Part shown: positions 1-9,500 of the stretch, one piece after another
Layout: every line of letters begins with the position of its first letter
Position numbering within the stretch: position 1 is the first letter of the stretch
Assembly: GCA_964578185.1 (NCBI GenBank)
Contig: CAZOBL010000002.1
Location: forward strand, 15,007-69,708
Source: an uncultured Thermoplasmatales archaeon
GTDB lineage: Archaea > Thermoplasmatota > E2 > DHVEG-1
Length of the DNA: 54,702 bases
Direction: 5' to 3'
Program-made: the position numbers and the translations under genes
Notes under the pieces: model-generated
Seen by the model: only the letters and a program-made list of their open reading frames with translations
What the model was told of the DNA's origin: nothing
Database searches by the model: none

Positions 1-1
1 T

Positions 2-70
2 GGCAGTACAGATGATGGCAGTACAGATGATGGCAGTACAGATGATGGCAGTACAGATGATGGCAGTACA
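2..70 (+). repeat. Perfect 15-nt in-frame tandem repeat GGCAGTACAGATGAT encoding (GSTDD)n
   Basis: There are four identical units (2-16, 17-31, 32-46, 47-61) and a 9-nt partial fifth (62-70). The array touches the window edge, so it may be longer. Confidence 0.9.
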
Positions 71-181
71 AATATCTCTAATAATGGAGCCGAAGATGAC
101 AATAACACTCCGGGGTTCGGAATAGTTTTACTAATCGCTGCTATTAGTATAGTGGCAATCATTATAAAAAGAAAAAAATAA
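2..181 (+). CDS. 3' end of a secreted surface protein with a PGF-CTERM (archaeosortase A-type) sorting signal; 5' partial, continues upstream of the window
   Basis: The frame is open from the window edge. It translates to (GSTDD)x4-GSTNISNNGAEDDNNT-PGF-GIVLLIAAISIVAIII-KRKK-stop (TAA 179-181). PGF, a hydrophobic helix and a basic tail make up the tripartite PGF-CTERM signal. Confidence 0.75.
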   Translation, partial: GSTDDGSTDDGSTDDGSTDDGSTNISNNGAEDDNNTPGFGIVLLIAAISIVAIIIKRKK

Positions 182-301
182 ACCCTTTCTTTTCTCTTTT
201 AATTTTTTTCAATGCATTTTTTGCTTAAATTTGGGATAATTATTTAAGAAAAACTACTATATACTATTTTTATAAAATCATAAATATATGGGGGAAAGAA
301 T

Positions 302-1183
302 ATGAAAAAACTTCTTATTGCTTTAATAATTATTTGTATACTCGGATCGGTTTTTGTAAACCTTGCAAGTGCTAAAACGAATAGAGAAAACAAATTATTT
401 TTACAAAGTCGGGAAAATTCTTTTCTCAATAAAATAATTGATTTCCTTAAAAAAATACCATTTATTAATAAAACAATAAACTTCTTCAAAAATCTTTTTG
501 GCTTAGTTGAAAATATTGAAAACTTACCAGAATATGAATATACAGAAAAAAATTATAATCCTTATTATCAAAATGCGGATATTGGCCCTGGATCTCAATT
601 GCCCACAGATACAAGTATCTCTGTTTCAATCAACTCTTTCAATCTAGATTATGTAGATGATGAAAATACTTTTGAATTTGATATGACTTTTGGCGGTTCA
701 ACCTCTGGTTCTGTTTATGGTTGTTACTGGATTCTTGTTAATTACTTTGATGATGGAACAACAGCTTATTCCACAATTTGGATGTCTCCTATTCAAACTG
801 AAATGAATATGGAAGGGTATTCTATTGAATCTACTTTTATTGGTACAGGATCTGGTGGTGATAATGACTGGTCTTCTTTTAGGGCTAGACAATTTGTTGC
901 TGGTAATTCAGTAGATCTAGAAAAAATTCCATTTGAAATAACTATGCCCAATCAAGGTAAAACCCTATCTGATGTGAGATTATATGTTAGAGCTTTTAGC
1001 GATGAAGATTTAACACAATGGAACCAGGATTCAATAAGTGTAATGAATAAAATGACAGGTAGTGTTTACGAGTCCCCAAAAGATAAAAATGAAGAAGCGG
1101 ATAAGGGAATTCCTGGTTTTGAAATAATTCTGTTGCTTGCCGCTTTTGGTGTTGCAATCATGCTATATAAAAAACGAAATTAA
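302..1183 (+). CDS. Secreted protein with N-terminal signal peptide and PGF-CTERM anchor signal
   Basis: N-terminus is MKKLLIALIIICILGSVFVNLASA. C-terminus is ...DKGI-PGF-EIILLLAAFGVAIMLY-KKRN. A GGGGGA Shine-Dalgarno-like motif lies upstream of the ATG. Confidence 0.75.
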   Translation: MKKLLIALIIICILGSVFVNLASAKTNRENKLFLQSRENSFLNKIIDFLKKIPFINKTINFFKNLFGLVENIENLPEYEYTEKNYNPYYQNADIGPGSQLPTDTSISVSINSFNLDYVDDENTFEFDMTFGGSTSGSVYGCYWILVNYFDDGTTAYSTIWMSPIQTEMNMEGYSIESTFIGTGSGGDNDWSSFRARQFVAGNSVDLEKIPFEITMPNQGKTLSDVRLYVRAFSDEDLTQWNQDSISVMNKMTGSVYESPKDKNEEADKGIPGFEIILLLAAFGVAIMLYKKRN

Positions 1184-1189
1184 ATTTTA

Positions 1190-1549
1190 TTATAGAATTT
1201 TTAAATCCCCAGTTACTTGATCTATTATGTTGTCAGGCGCGGGGCCTATTCCAAGAACAGTTTTTGTCCCAGCTGGAATTTCTGTGTGTCCCGCATCTTC
1301 AATTAGAGATGTTGTAATTTTAAGTAATTCAGCTTTTTCTTTTAAAATAAAAAAATCGCCCTCTGAGTCAACTTTTGTAACTACTTTTTTAGCACCTTCA
1401 TTTTGCCATTTTTTAAACCATTTTGAGTTATTTTTTTTTGTAAAAAGAGCGCAATTTACTGCAGCATGAGCTACTTGTGCTGCAAGTTTTCCTGCTGATA
1501 GTTTCAGGTCTTTTCTTGTAACTATCACCATTTTATATTCAAAATCCAT
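1190..1549 (-). CDS. pth2: Peptidyl-tRNA hydrolase, archaeal/eukaryotic type (Pth2)
   Basis: 119 aa. Typical Pth2 motifs are present: KMVIVTRKDLKLSAGKLAAQVAHAAV ... VTKV ... IEDAGHTEIPAGTKTVLGIGP. Confidence 0.92.
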   Translation of the reverse strand: MDFEYKMVIVTRKDLKLSAGKLAAQVAHAAVNCALFTKKNNSKWFKKWQNEGAKKVVTKVDSEGDFFILKEKAELLKITTSLIEDAGHTEIPAGTKTVLGIGPAPDNIIDQVTGDLKIL

Positions 1550-1559
1550 TTTTAATCCC

Positions 1560-1910
1560 TTAATCGTTTGCCCCCTCTATTTTTTTAAAAGATTTTTTCC
1601 TCCACCTTTCCCCCATTATTTCTGCTTTATCTTGATCAACAAGACCTTTTACAAGTATTGTTTTTTCTTCTTGTTCAATATGCTTTAAAGGGATTCCTAA
1701 ATATTTTTCATCAGATTTTATTATTAAAACATCTTCATCTACAGCAATACTTTCTCCAACTTTTTTACCGCTGCCATTAAAGACAAAACGACATAATAAA
1801 TTATTTTTATTTTCTCTTTCATCGTTTGCATCTTTTTCTCGTTTACGTTTAAAATTGGGAAATATCATCAATTTATTGAAACATTTTAGCGATTTCATGA
1901 AATTTTTCAC
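1560..1910 (-). CDS. Hypothetical small protein, possibly PRC-barrel-like
   Basis: The pattern GKKVGESIAVDEDVLIIKSDEKYLGIPLKHIE resembles a PRC-barrel beta core. The basic N-terminus makes the start uncertain. Confidence 0.35.
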   Translation of the reverse strand: MKNFMKSLKCFNKLMIFPNFKRKREKDANDERENKNNLLCRFVFNGSGKKVGESIAVDEDVLIIKSDEKYLGIPLKHIEQEEKTILVKGLVDQDKAEIMGERWRKKSFKKIEGAND

Positions 1911-1986
1911 CAGAGAAAATTGTTTTGTAAAGGCAGTGAATTAACGATTCTGTTATAAATCTTTGGACTATACTGAAAAATGATAA

Positions 1987-3195
1987 TTGGGTATGGCTGA
2001 AAAAGTCGATGTTTTAGTATCTGGTGCTGGGCCAATAGGAGCAACTGTTGCTGGGCAAATAGCAGAACAAAACTATAAAGTCGCAATCATTGAAAAAAAT
2101 AACAAGATAGGTGACCCTGTGCAATGTGCAGGCCTTGTAACAGAGAGAGTACTAGACCTTACTAATATTACTAAAAATAGCAACATAATACTAAATAAGG
2201 TGAAAGGGGCAAATATCCATTCCCCCTCAAATAAGATCCTTAGCATTGGTGGAAATAAAACCTATGCTTATGTAATAGATAGATCAAAATTTGATAAAAA
2301 AATAATGGATAATTCAGAAGAAAAAGGGTCACAACTTTTTTTAAAAAATAAATTAATTTCAGCACAAAAATCCAATAAAACCATCGAAATAATTACATCT
2401 AAAGATAATTCCTTTAAATGTAAAATTTTAGTAGGTGCTGATGGACCACAGTCAGCCATAAGAGATAGATTTTCTCTGCCGCAGCCTGAGGAAGTTTTAA
2501 TCGGTATTGGTGCAGAAATAGAAAACACAAATTTAAACCCTGAATTTGTTGAAATATTCCTTGGAAATACAATCTCCCCTGATTTTTTTGCATGGATGAT
2601 ACCAACAAATAAAGATGGTACATCTGCAAGAATAGGATTGTGTATTAACAAGGCTGAATCAAAAAAAATTAAATATTTTTTTAAGAAGTTTCTAAACAAT
2701 AAAAACACGAAAGAATATCTAGAAAATATAAAAATCACAAAAAAAATAGCTGGCCAAATCCCTCTTGGTTTAATCAAAAAAACTTACTCATCAAATGTGT
2801 TATTAGTTGGTGATGCTGCAGCACAAGTTAAGCCTACATCAGGTGGCGGCATATATACCGGCTTATTATCTGCCAATCATTGTTCAAAAACTGCTTTAGA
2901 AGCTTTAAAAAATCACAATTATACAGAAAACTTTCTAAAAAAATATCAAACACTATGGCAGAAGGAAATCAGCAGGGAAATAACAGCTGGTATGAAGTTT
3001 AGAAAAATATTTAAAAAAATTGATGACTCAAAAATCGACAAGTATATTAATATATTAAATGACAAAAAAACCATTCAAATAATAAACAAATATGGTGACA
3101 TTGATTACCCTTCCAAACTGATAAAACCTCTTTTAATTAGAAAACCCTCATTATTAAGATTATTACCTGAGATGTACAAAAAAATTAAATTATGA
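1987..3195 (+). CDS. Geranylgeranyl reductase family flavoprotein (digeranylgeranylglycerophospholipid reductase-like)
   Basis: FAD-binding VLVSGAGPIGATVA...IIEK; GDPVQCAGLV; LVGADGPQSAIR; LLVGDAAAQVKPTSGGGIY. The likely true start is ATG 1993, just inside the TTG at 1987. Confidence 0.88.
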   Translation: MGMAEKVDVLVSGAGPIGATVAGQIAEQNYKVAIIEKNNKIGDPVQCAGLVTERVLDLTNITKNSNIILNKVKGANIHSPSNKILSIGGNKTYAYVIDRSKFDKKIMDNSEEKGSQLFLKNKLISAQKSNKTIEIITSKDNSFKCKILVGADGPQSAIRDRFSLPQPEEVLIGIGAEIENTNLNPEFVEIFLGNTISPDFFAWMIPTNKDGTSARIGLCINKAESKKIKYFFKKFLNNKNTKEYLENIKITKKIAGQIPLGLIKKTYSSNVLLVGDAAAQVKPTSGGGIYTGLLSANHCSKTALEALKNHNYTENFLKKYQTLWQKEISREITAGMKFRKIFKKIDDSKIDKYINILNDKKTIQIINKYGDIDYPSKLIKPLLIRKPSLLRLLPEMYKKIKL

Positions 3196-3200
3196 AGAAT

Positions 3201-5450
3201 TTATTTCCCTTCAGGTGGGGGTGGAACGTAATAATCTTCATCTTCATAATCAATTGTATCCTCTTTTTTCGAAATTTTATTTAAAAATCTCCCACCGCCT
3301 TCTCGACGTTTTTTACGAACTAAGCATATTATTACTATCAATATAATTGCCACTAAAAAGCTGATTATACATGGCATAAAAACACCGACAATAAATACAC
3401 CAGAACCTATCAATTCGCAGTTTACTAAAGTAGATAAGTTACCTTCTGTTTCATTGAAATTAATTTCAATATACTGTCGGCCATCTGCTTTTTTGTAAAC
3501 ACTTAGTTTATTTAAAGAATCCTTTGCTTTTACATCTAGGCCGTTGGGAAATACAATTCTATAAGTTACATTATGGTTATCAATCCCTGTGAAATTAAAA
3601 AGTTGAGTAGAAATATCAAAACTTGGTGGCAAAAAAGCAATATCAAAAGATATTGGATAAGATGATTGAGCAAAGGCATTTATCTCAAGAGCAGAACCAT
3701 CTTTCATATTTGTTATACTTTGATCCCAATCATTAAGAGAATCGTAGAAAACTTCATCCTTTATATGTGATTTACCTTTTATATCAATGTTTTTTAATAT
3801 TCCCTTAACTCGGTTATTAAAAATACTTTTTTCGTAATCTAGATATTTATTAATATCCTCATCTTCGAACAGATTTTCATCAAACCAAAGTCTATACATA
3901 TCTGAGTTTAAAAAATCAATATTAATTGAAGGAGGTATCTCAAAAGATTCAGGGATAGAAGTTACATTATATCTTCTCCTTTCTTTAATGTGTAAACCAA
4001 ATGTAATTTCTGTATTTCCAGTAAGTGAACTAAGTAGGTTTAAGTCCGTTGTTTGTACTTCTATTTCAATAATAGTCTCCTTAATCTCTTTTTTATATTC
4101 AGGAGCTCCCTCCGAATTTATCTTTCCAGTTATTTTTTGTGTTTTATTCCATTTATAGGTATTTTCTCCATCTAGATATATCTCGTCAGGTAGTATTAGT
4201 GTAATATTGTAATCATAATTTATGTCTTCTATATTGTCTCCAAAATTGATATCCTCGGAGCTAATATTTGCTTCTCCCCCAGAGTTTACACAACCAAAGA
4301 ACGCACGATTTGAAATATTAAAGATTTTAAAATTAATATTTTCATCTATTAGCTCGGTTTTTATTGAAGGATATTCATTCATATTGTTAATATCATATGG
4401 CTGACTAGTCTGTGTGGTTGTATTTTCATACCAATTAAATATCAAATTTATATCTTGATTATATGATGAATTCTCAATTTTTTCTTCAATTTCATTCTCT
4501 ATTGGTTTTATTGTTTTTTCATAAATTGCTGACCAATTTGTTAGACCATTTTCTACGAATAATCTAATACCGTCTGAGGGTATAAAATCTATATTTTCTA
4601 ATGATGAAGGTGTATAATTCAAATATTCTTGGAAATTTATACTTTCTATATTAAGTATAACTTGCAGGTTAGTATTTTCGACATCTGCTGAATCTATTAT
4701 AAAATCTATTTTTATCTTTTGGGAATTTAAACTATCAGTTGTAGGTGTTTTTGAGGATAATGTAATTAATGCCTGTTTTTGCATATTGCCCTCAATCCAG
4801 TTATTTAATTCCCACAATATGCCATTGTTTCCTGAGGTTTTATCAGTATTTGCATATTCTAAATTCATCCAATTCTTTGAAAAATCAAATATAAAAGTAT
4901 TTTTCCAACCCTCATTTGCAACCAGGTTAAAATCATAATTAATTTTTCCACCTATATCTAAAACACCATGAATAACATCATATACGTTAGCATTTTCATT
5001 TAAATTAAAAAATTCTGAAGAAAGATTTACATTGAATGTTTTATAAAAGACAACAGGTGGGTTTAAACGATCACTATCACTTGTTGCTAATAAGCTATTT
5101 TCATTAACCCTTGGAGCTCCTTGAAAATTTAAAATTTCTGAGTTAGGGTACATAACAGAAATTTGCTCTTCTAATTGTTCATAAATCTCATGTTTAAATG
5201 CACTTCCATTCTCATCAAATTCATCTCTAATATCGTCAGCATTATAAACTTCCCCAAAAATCTTTAGCTTATATGTCTCAATTGTAATGTCAACATTAAG
5301 TGAGGTAGCACTATCAAACGTTATGTCAAATGTTGCTTCAATCATATTATCAAAATTTGAACTCTCCTCAGCGGAAACACTAGACACTATAACTAAGGAC
5401 AAAAAAAGCACAATTAATATTAAAACTGATAATAACCTATCAATCCTCAT
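3201..5450 (-). CDS. Large sequon-rich surface protein with signal peptide, C-terminal TM anchor and short cytoplasmic tail
   Basis: N-terminal signal LLSVLILIVLFLSLVIVSSVSA. C-terminal TM FIVGVFMPCIISFLVAIILIVIICLV is followed by RKKRREGGG...YYVPPPPEGK. Many N-x-S/T sequons. No family recognised. Confidence 0.6.
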   Translation of the reverse strand: MRIDRLLSVLILIVLFLSLVIVSSVSAEESSNFDNMIEATFDITFDSATSLNVDITIETYKLKIFGEVYNADDIRDEFDENGSAFKHEIYEQLEEQISVMYPNSEILNFQGAPRVNENSLLATSDSDRLNPPVVFYKTFNVNLSSEFFNLNENANVYDVIHGVLDIGGKINYDFNLVANEGWKNTFIFDFSKNWMNLEYANTDKTSGNNGILWELNNWIEGNMQKQALITLSSKTPTTDSLNSQKIKIDFIIDSADVENTNLQVILNIESINFQEYLNYTPSSLENIDFIPSDGIRLFVENGLTNWSAIYEKTIKPIENEIEEKIENSSYNQDINLIFNWYENTTTQTSQPYDINNMNEYPSIKTELIDENINFKIFNISNRAFFGCVNSGGEANISSEDINFGDNIEDINYDYNITLILPDEIYLDGENTYKWNKTQKITGKINSEGAPEYKKEIKETIIEIEVQTTDLNLLSSLTGNTEITFGLHIKERRRYNVTSIPESFEIPPSINIDFLNSDMYRLWFDENLFEDEDINKYLDYEKSIFNNRVKGILKNIDIKGKSHIKDEVFYDSLNDWDQSITNMKDGSALEINAFAQSSYPISFDIAFLPPSFDISTQLFNFTGIDNHNVTYRIVFPNGLDVKAKDSLNKLSVYKKADGRQYIEINFNETEGNLSTLVNCELIGSGVFIVGVFMPCIISFLVAIILIVIICLVRKKRREGGGRFLNKISKKEDTIDYEDEDYYVPPPPEGK

Positions 5451-5567
5451 TTATATCCCAAATCCCTTTAAACTAAAGATTAAAAAATAAATGCAAGTAT
5501 ATATACTTTCTTACAATTTCTAAACCAAAACCACTAAAAAACATAATTTTATTTAAAAATTGATTGT

Positions 5568-6416
5568 ATGAAAATTATTGCCGGAACAGCTTCAAAAAAA
5601 ATAGCACAAGACTTATCAAAAAAAACACGAAAACCACTAGCAGATACAAAAATTAAACGTTTTCCAGATGGGGAGGTTTATGTACGAATACTGGAAGACA
5701 TATCAGATGAGCATGTTGTTGTCGTCCAAACTACTTATCCAGATCCTAATATAATTGAACTTTTTCTACTACTTGATGCATGTAAAGAGGCTAATGCAAA
5801 AAAAATTACAACAGTAATTCCCTATTTTGGTTATGCGCGTCAAGATCAAAAATTTAATGAAGGCGAGCCAATAAGTGCAAGAGCGATAGCCAAATTGATA
5901 AGCGTTAACTCTAATAAAGTTATAACTGTCGACCCTCATAAAGAATATATTCTTGATTTTTTTGAAACTAAAGCCTATAGTTGTTCTGCTGTTTCAAATA
6001 TTGCCGATTATTTAAAACAAAAAAATGTAGACATGTTGTTAGCTCCAGATAAAGGTGCTTTAGAAAGAGTTGAAAAGGCTGCTTCTATAATCAATTGTGA
6101 TTTTGATTTTATGGAAAAGAAGAGATTGGATGGAGAAACTGTTGAAATAAAACCAAAAAATCTTAATGCTGAGGGGAAAAATGTTGCAATTATTGATGAT
6201 ATCATTTCCACTGGTGGAACTATGGCAAAATCTATTCAACAACTCAAAAAAAATAATGCAAAAAAAGTTTTTGCAGCTTGCACCCATGGTCTCTTTGCTG
6301 GAGATGCAATAAAAAAACTTGAAAAATCAGGTTGTGATGAAATTATTTCAACAGATACGATCGAGAATGATTTTAGTAAAGTATGTGCTGCAAGCTCTAT
6401 AGTAAATCTTCTATAA
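5568..6416 (+). CDS. prs: Ribose-phosphate pyrophosphokinase (PRPP synthetase)
   Basis: FPDGEVYVRI; YFGYARQDQKF; PRPP-binding loop VAIIDDIISTGGTMA. 282 aa. Confidence 0.92.
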   Translation: MKIIAGTASKKIAQDLSKKTRKPLADTKIKRFPDGEVYVRILEDISDEHVVVVQTTYPDPNIIELFLLLDACKEANAKKITTVIPYFGYARQDQKFNEGEPISARAIAKLISVNSNKVITVDPHKEYILDFFETKAYSCSAVSNIADYLKQKNVDMLLAPDKGALERVEKAASIINCDFDFMEKKRLDGETVEIKPKNLNAEGKNVAIIDDIISTGGTMAKSIQQLKKNNAKKVFAACTHGLFAGDAIKKLEKSGCDEIISTDTIENDFSKVCAASSIVNLL

Positions 6417-6504
6417 ATATTTAATAAACTTTTTAGATAAGTTATTTATAAGACTATAGTTTTACGGGTCAATATTTGCTTTTATTATAATAGGTGAATG
6501 AAAT

Positions 6505-9500
6505 ATGCGTAAAAGGGCACAGAGGAAAAGTAAACCTGAACCAGAAAAAACATACAAACCAAATACACCTTCAAATAAAATAATTGATAAAAATTTTCTC
6601 CCTAAAAAGTTCAATAATAAAAATTGGTGGATAGCGATATCTCTAATTAGTATTTTCCTTTTGATATTGCTTTTTAATACCTACTTTAATGTGACAAGTG
6701 ATGTTGCTATCAATCCAGATGGTGAAGGATTAGATAAATTTTATCTTTCAGGCCCTGACCCATATTACAATATGAGAATAGTAGAAGAAACATATGAAAC
6801 AGGTACTTATCCTTTCTATTCTGAAGATGACCCCTTACTAAATTACCCCATAGGACGATCTGGTGGTCGTGCACCCTTATTTAACATGATGGCATTAGGA
6901 TTTAGTAGACTTCTTACACCTTTTATGGATGAAATTGATGCAATAGGATACTCTATGCAGTTTATACCAGCTCTTTTTGGTGCTCTTTTAATTTTCCCAG
7001 TGTATTTCATAGGTAAAAATATTTTTAACAAAAAGGCAGGTCTTTTAGCTGCTTTTTTTGTAGCTGTGATACCCACTCATCTAAGTTCGGGTCACGGCTC
7101 AGCCTATTCACTGTTTGACCACGATTCATTTAATCTTTTACTGTTTTTTTTAACATTCATGTTTCTAGTAATGAGTTTAAAGGAAAAAAACAAGTCAAAA
7201 TCAATTCTTTACGCTATGCTTGGTGGGATACCATTAGCAGGTCTTACTATGACTTGGGTTGAAGCTCAATTTTTGTATGTTGTTATCGGTGTTTATGCTC
7301 TCGTTCAGATTTTCATTGATATATTTAAAAATAGAGCGGGTCTTAAGTCTGTTAGAACTCCACTAATTTTAATGGTTACGGGTTATTTAATCTCACTTCC
7401 AGTATTGGCTGTAAAAGGGGGCAAGTACAGCCCGGATATCCCCTTGTTTTTAATTATTGCAATAGCCGCTTTTGGTGTTTTATATTACTTTTTCAGCTCT
7501 AAAAAAATACCTTGGACTATTTCAATACCAACTGTTATTTCTATTGGGGTAATTGGTCTAGTATTTTTGTATTACATTGAACTTATTGCAAGTTATATTC
7601 CATATGTAGGTAGGCTAAGTAAAATTTCAGAGATACTCTATGGTGGTGGCGGTATTTACGGTAATAAAGTTTCTTTAACTATTGCTGAAGCTAATACCTA
7701 TGCTATTAGTAACTCTGTTATGTCTTTTGGCCCCGGTCTTTATTGGCTTGGTTGGGCTGGATTTATATTTCTTATTTATATGTTTTACAAACACCATGAC
7801 CGTAAGGATTACTTGTTTTTGTTAGTTTTATTTGTAATAGATTTATGGTTGATGGGTATTGCAGGTCGTTTCGTCAATGATATGGTACCAGTTATTGCAA
7901 TTTTGGGTGGTTGGGTTACATGGGTTGCAATTGATAAAATTGATTATCAAGAAATGATTAAAAATGTTAAAAGAGCAGGTGGCGGGCTTCACGGTATTCG
8001 TAGAGGCGTTAAATTCCTACATATAGTTGGAATTTTATTTATTAGTTTTTTAATTTTACTTCCAAATGCTTTTATTGCTTTTGATGCCGCAGTGCCTCAA
8101 GGGGCTATTACAAAAAACTATACTAGTAATTTAAAACAGGATTATTTTGGAGAAGAACACTCTGCGGCATTCGGTCTGGGTATTGGTAAAGAAAAATACT
8201 GGGGCCATGCGTTTGATTGGTTAAGTAAGCAAGATACTGATATAGAGGATCCCGCTAATAGACCGGCGTTTATTTCCTGGTGGGACTATGGATTTTATGA
8301 GGTTGCATTAGGCGATCATCCAACAGTTGCAGATAATTTCCAGGATGGTATTCCTCCTGCTGCTAATTTTCATACGGCTAAAAGCGAAGATGAAGCTGTT
8401 GCTGTATTTATTGTAAGGTTGCTTGAAGGAGATGTTTTTCACAATTCTCAAAGAGAGCTTTCAAGTAATGTTTATGAAATTCTAAAGAACTATGTTGATC
8501 GTGCAGAAGATGTGCGTATGTGGATTGAAGATCCCGAGAGCTCACCTTCATATGGTAAAGCTATTGATGAAGAATTTCATGAATACATTCGCGAGGATAT
8601 AGACAAAAGACATCTTACAGTTGGATCTCAATGGCCTGAAAATGCAGCATATCTTGATATAATTGAAATTTTAACGAATGATACACAAGGTCTAACTAGT
8701 GAACAATTAACCAGTCTATATCATGATTTACAAGATGTTACAGGTTGGAGTATACGTTATTATGGTGTGGAAGGATATGATAAACAAATTTTCAATATTT
8801 TTGCTTTTCTTTCTGATAAAAGTCTTTTAATGCTTGGTGCTCCAAGTGATGAATTTGTAGAGTATACTTTCGATGGCTACAGAGTTGACTCAAGAGGTGA
8901 GAAAATACCAGGTAGTGATTTTCAAGACAAACCTGCTAAGGAAATTTATGATCTTCCAGAGGATGATCGTCGTTTTTATAGAGTAACAAATCAAGATCAA
9001 GCTTATAAGAATACTTTCTTTAATACAATGTTTTATAATACTTATTTTGGCAAAAAATTTACAGGTGAAGATTATGACCCTCAGTATCAATTTAGAATTC
9101 AGGTTCCTTGTGTGAATATGAAACATTTTTATGCTGAGTATATCTCTGATATTTCTAAACCCGGGTTTCAGTACTACGAAGGTATTGCTGCTGTTGTAAT
9201 TGCTAAATATTATGAAGGCTCTAAGATTGCTGGTAATATCACGTTTTTAGGTAAGCCTATTGATGATTTAGAAGCAGTTGTAACTAAAAATCTTACCTAT
9301 TATGAAGGTTTGACCGTCCCTATTGACCATGATAAATCTTCTGTTATTAATGGTAGTTTTAATGTTTTAGCTGGTGCAGATACAATTCTTCAGGTTCGTC
9401 GCTATCCTGAGCTTCATAGTAGTATTCCTTGGGCATCTGGCTCTTTTATTGTTAAAAATGTCTCTTTAGATGTATCTGATGATGATGCCATGAGAAAAAC

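Noticed and set aside
2-70. Tandem 15-nt repeats as a possible CRISPR or minisatellite locus
   Set aside because: The units are contiguous with no spacers, are in frame, and continue directly into a PGF-CTERM coding sequence. This is a coding amino-acid repeat, not CRISPR.
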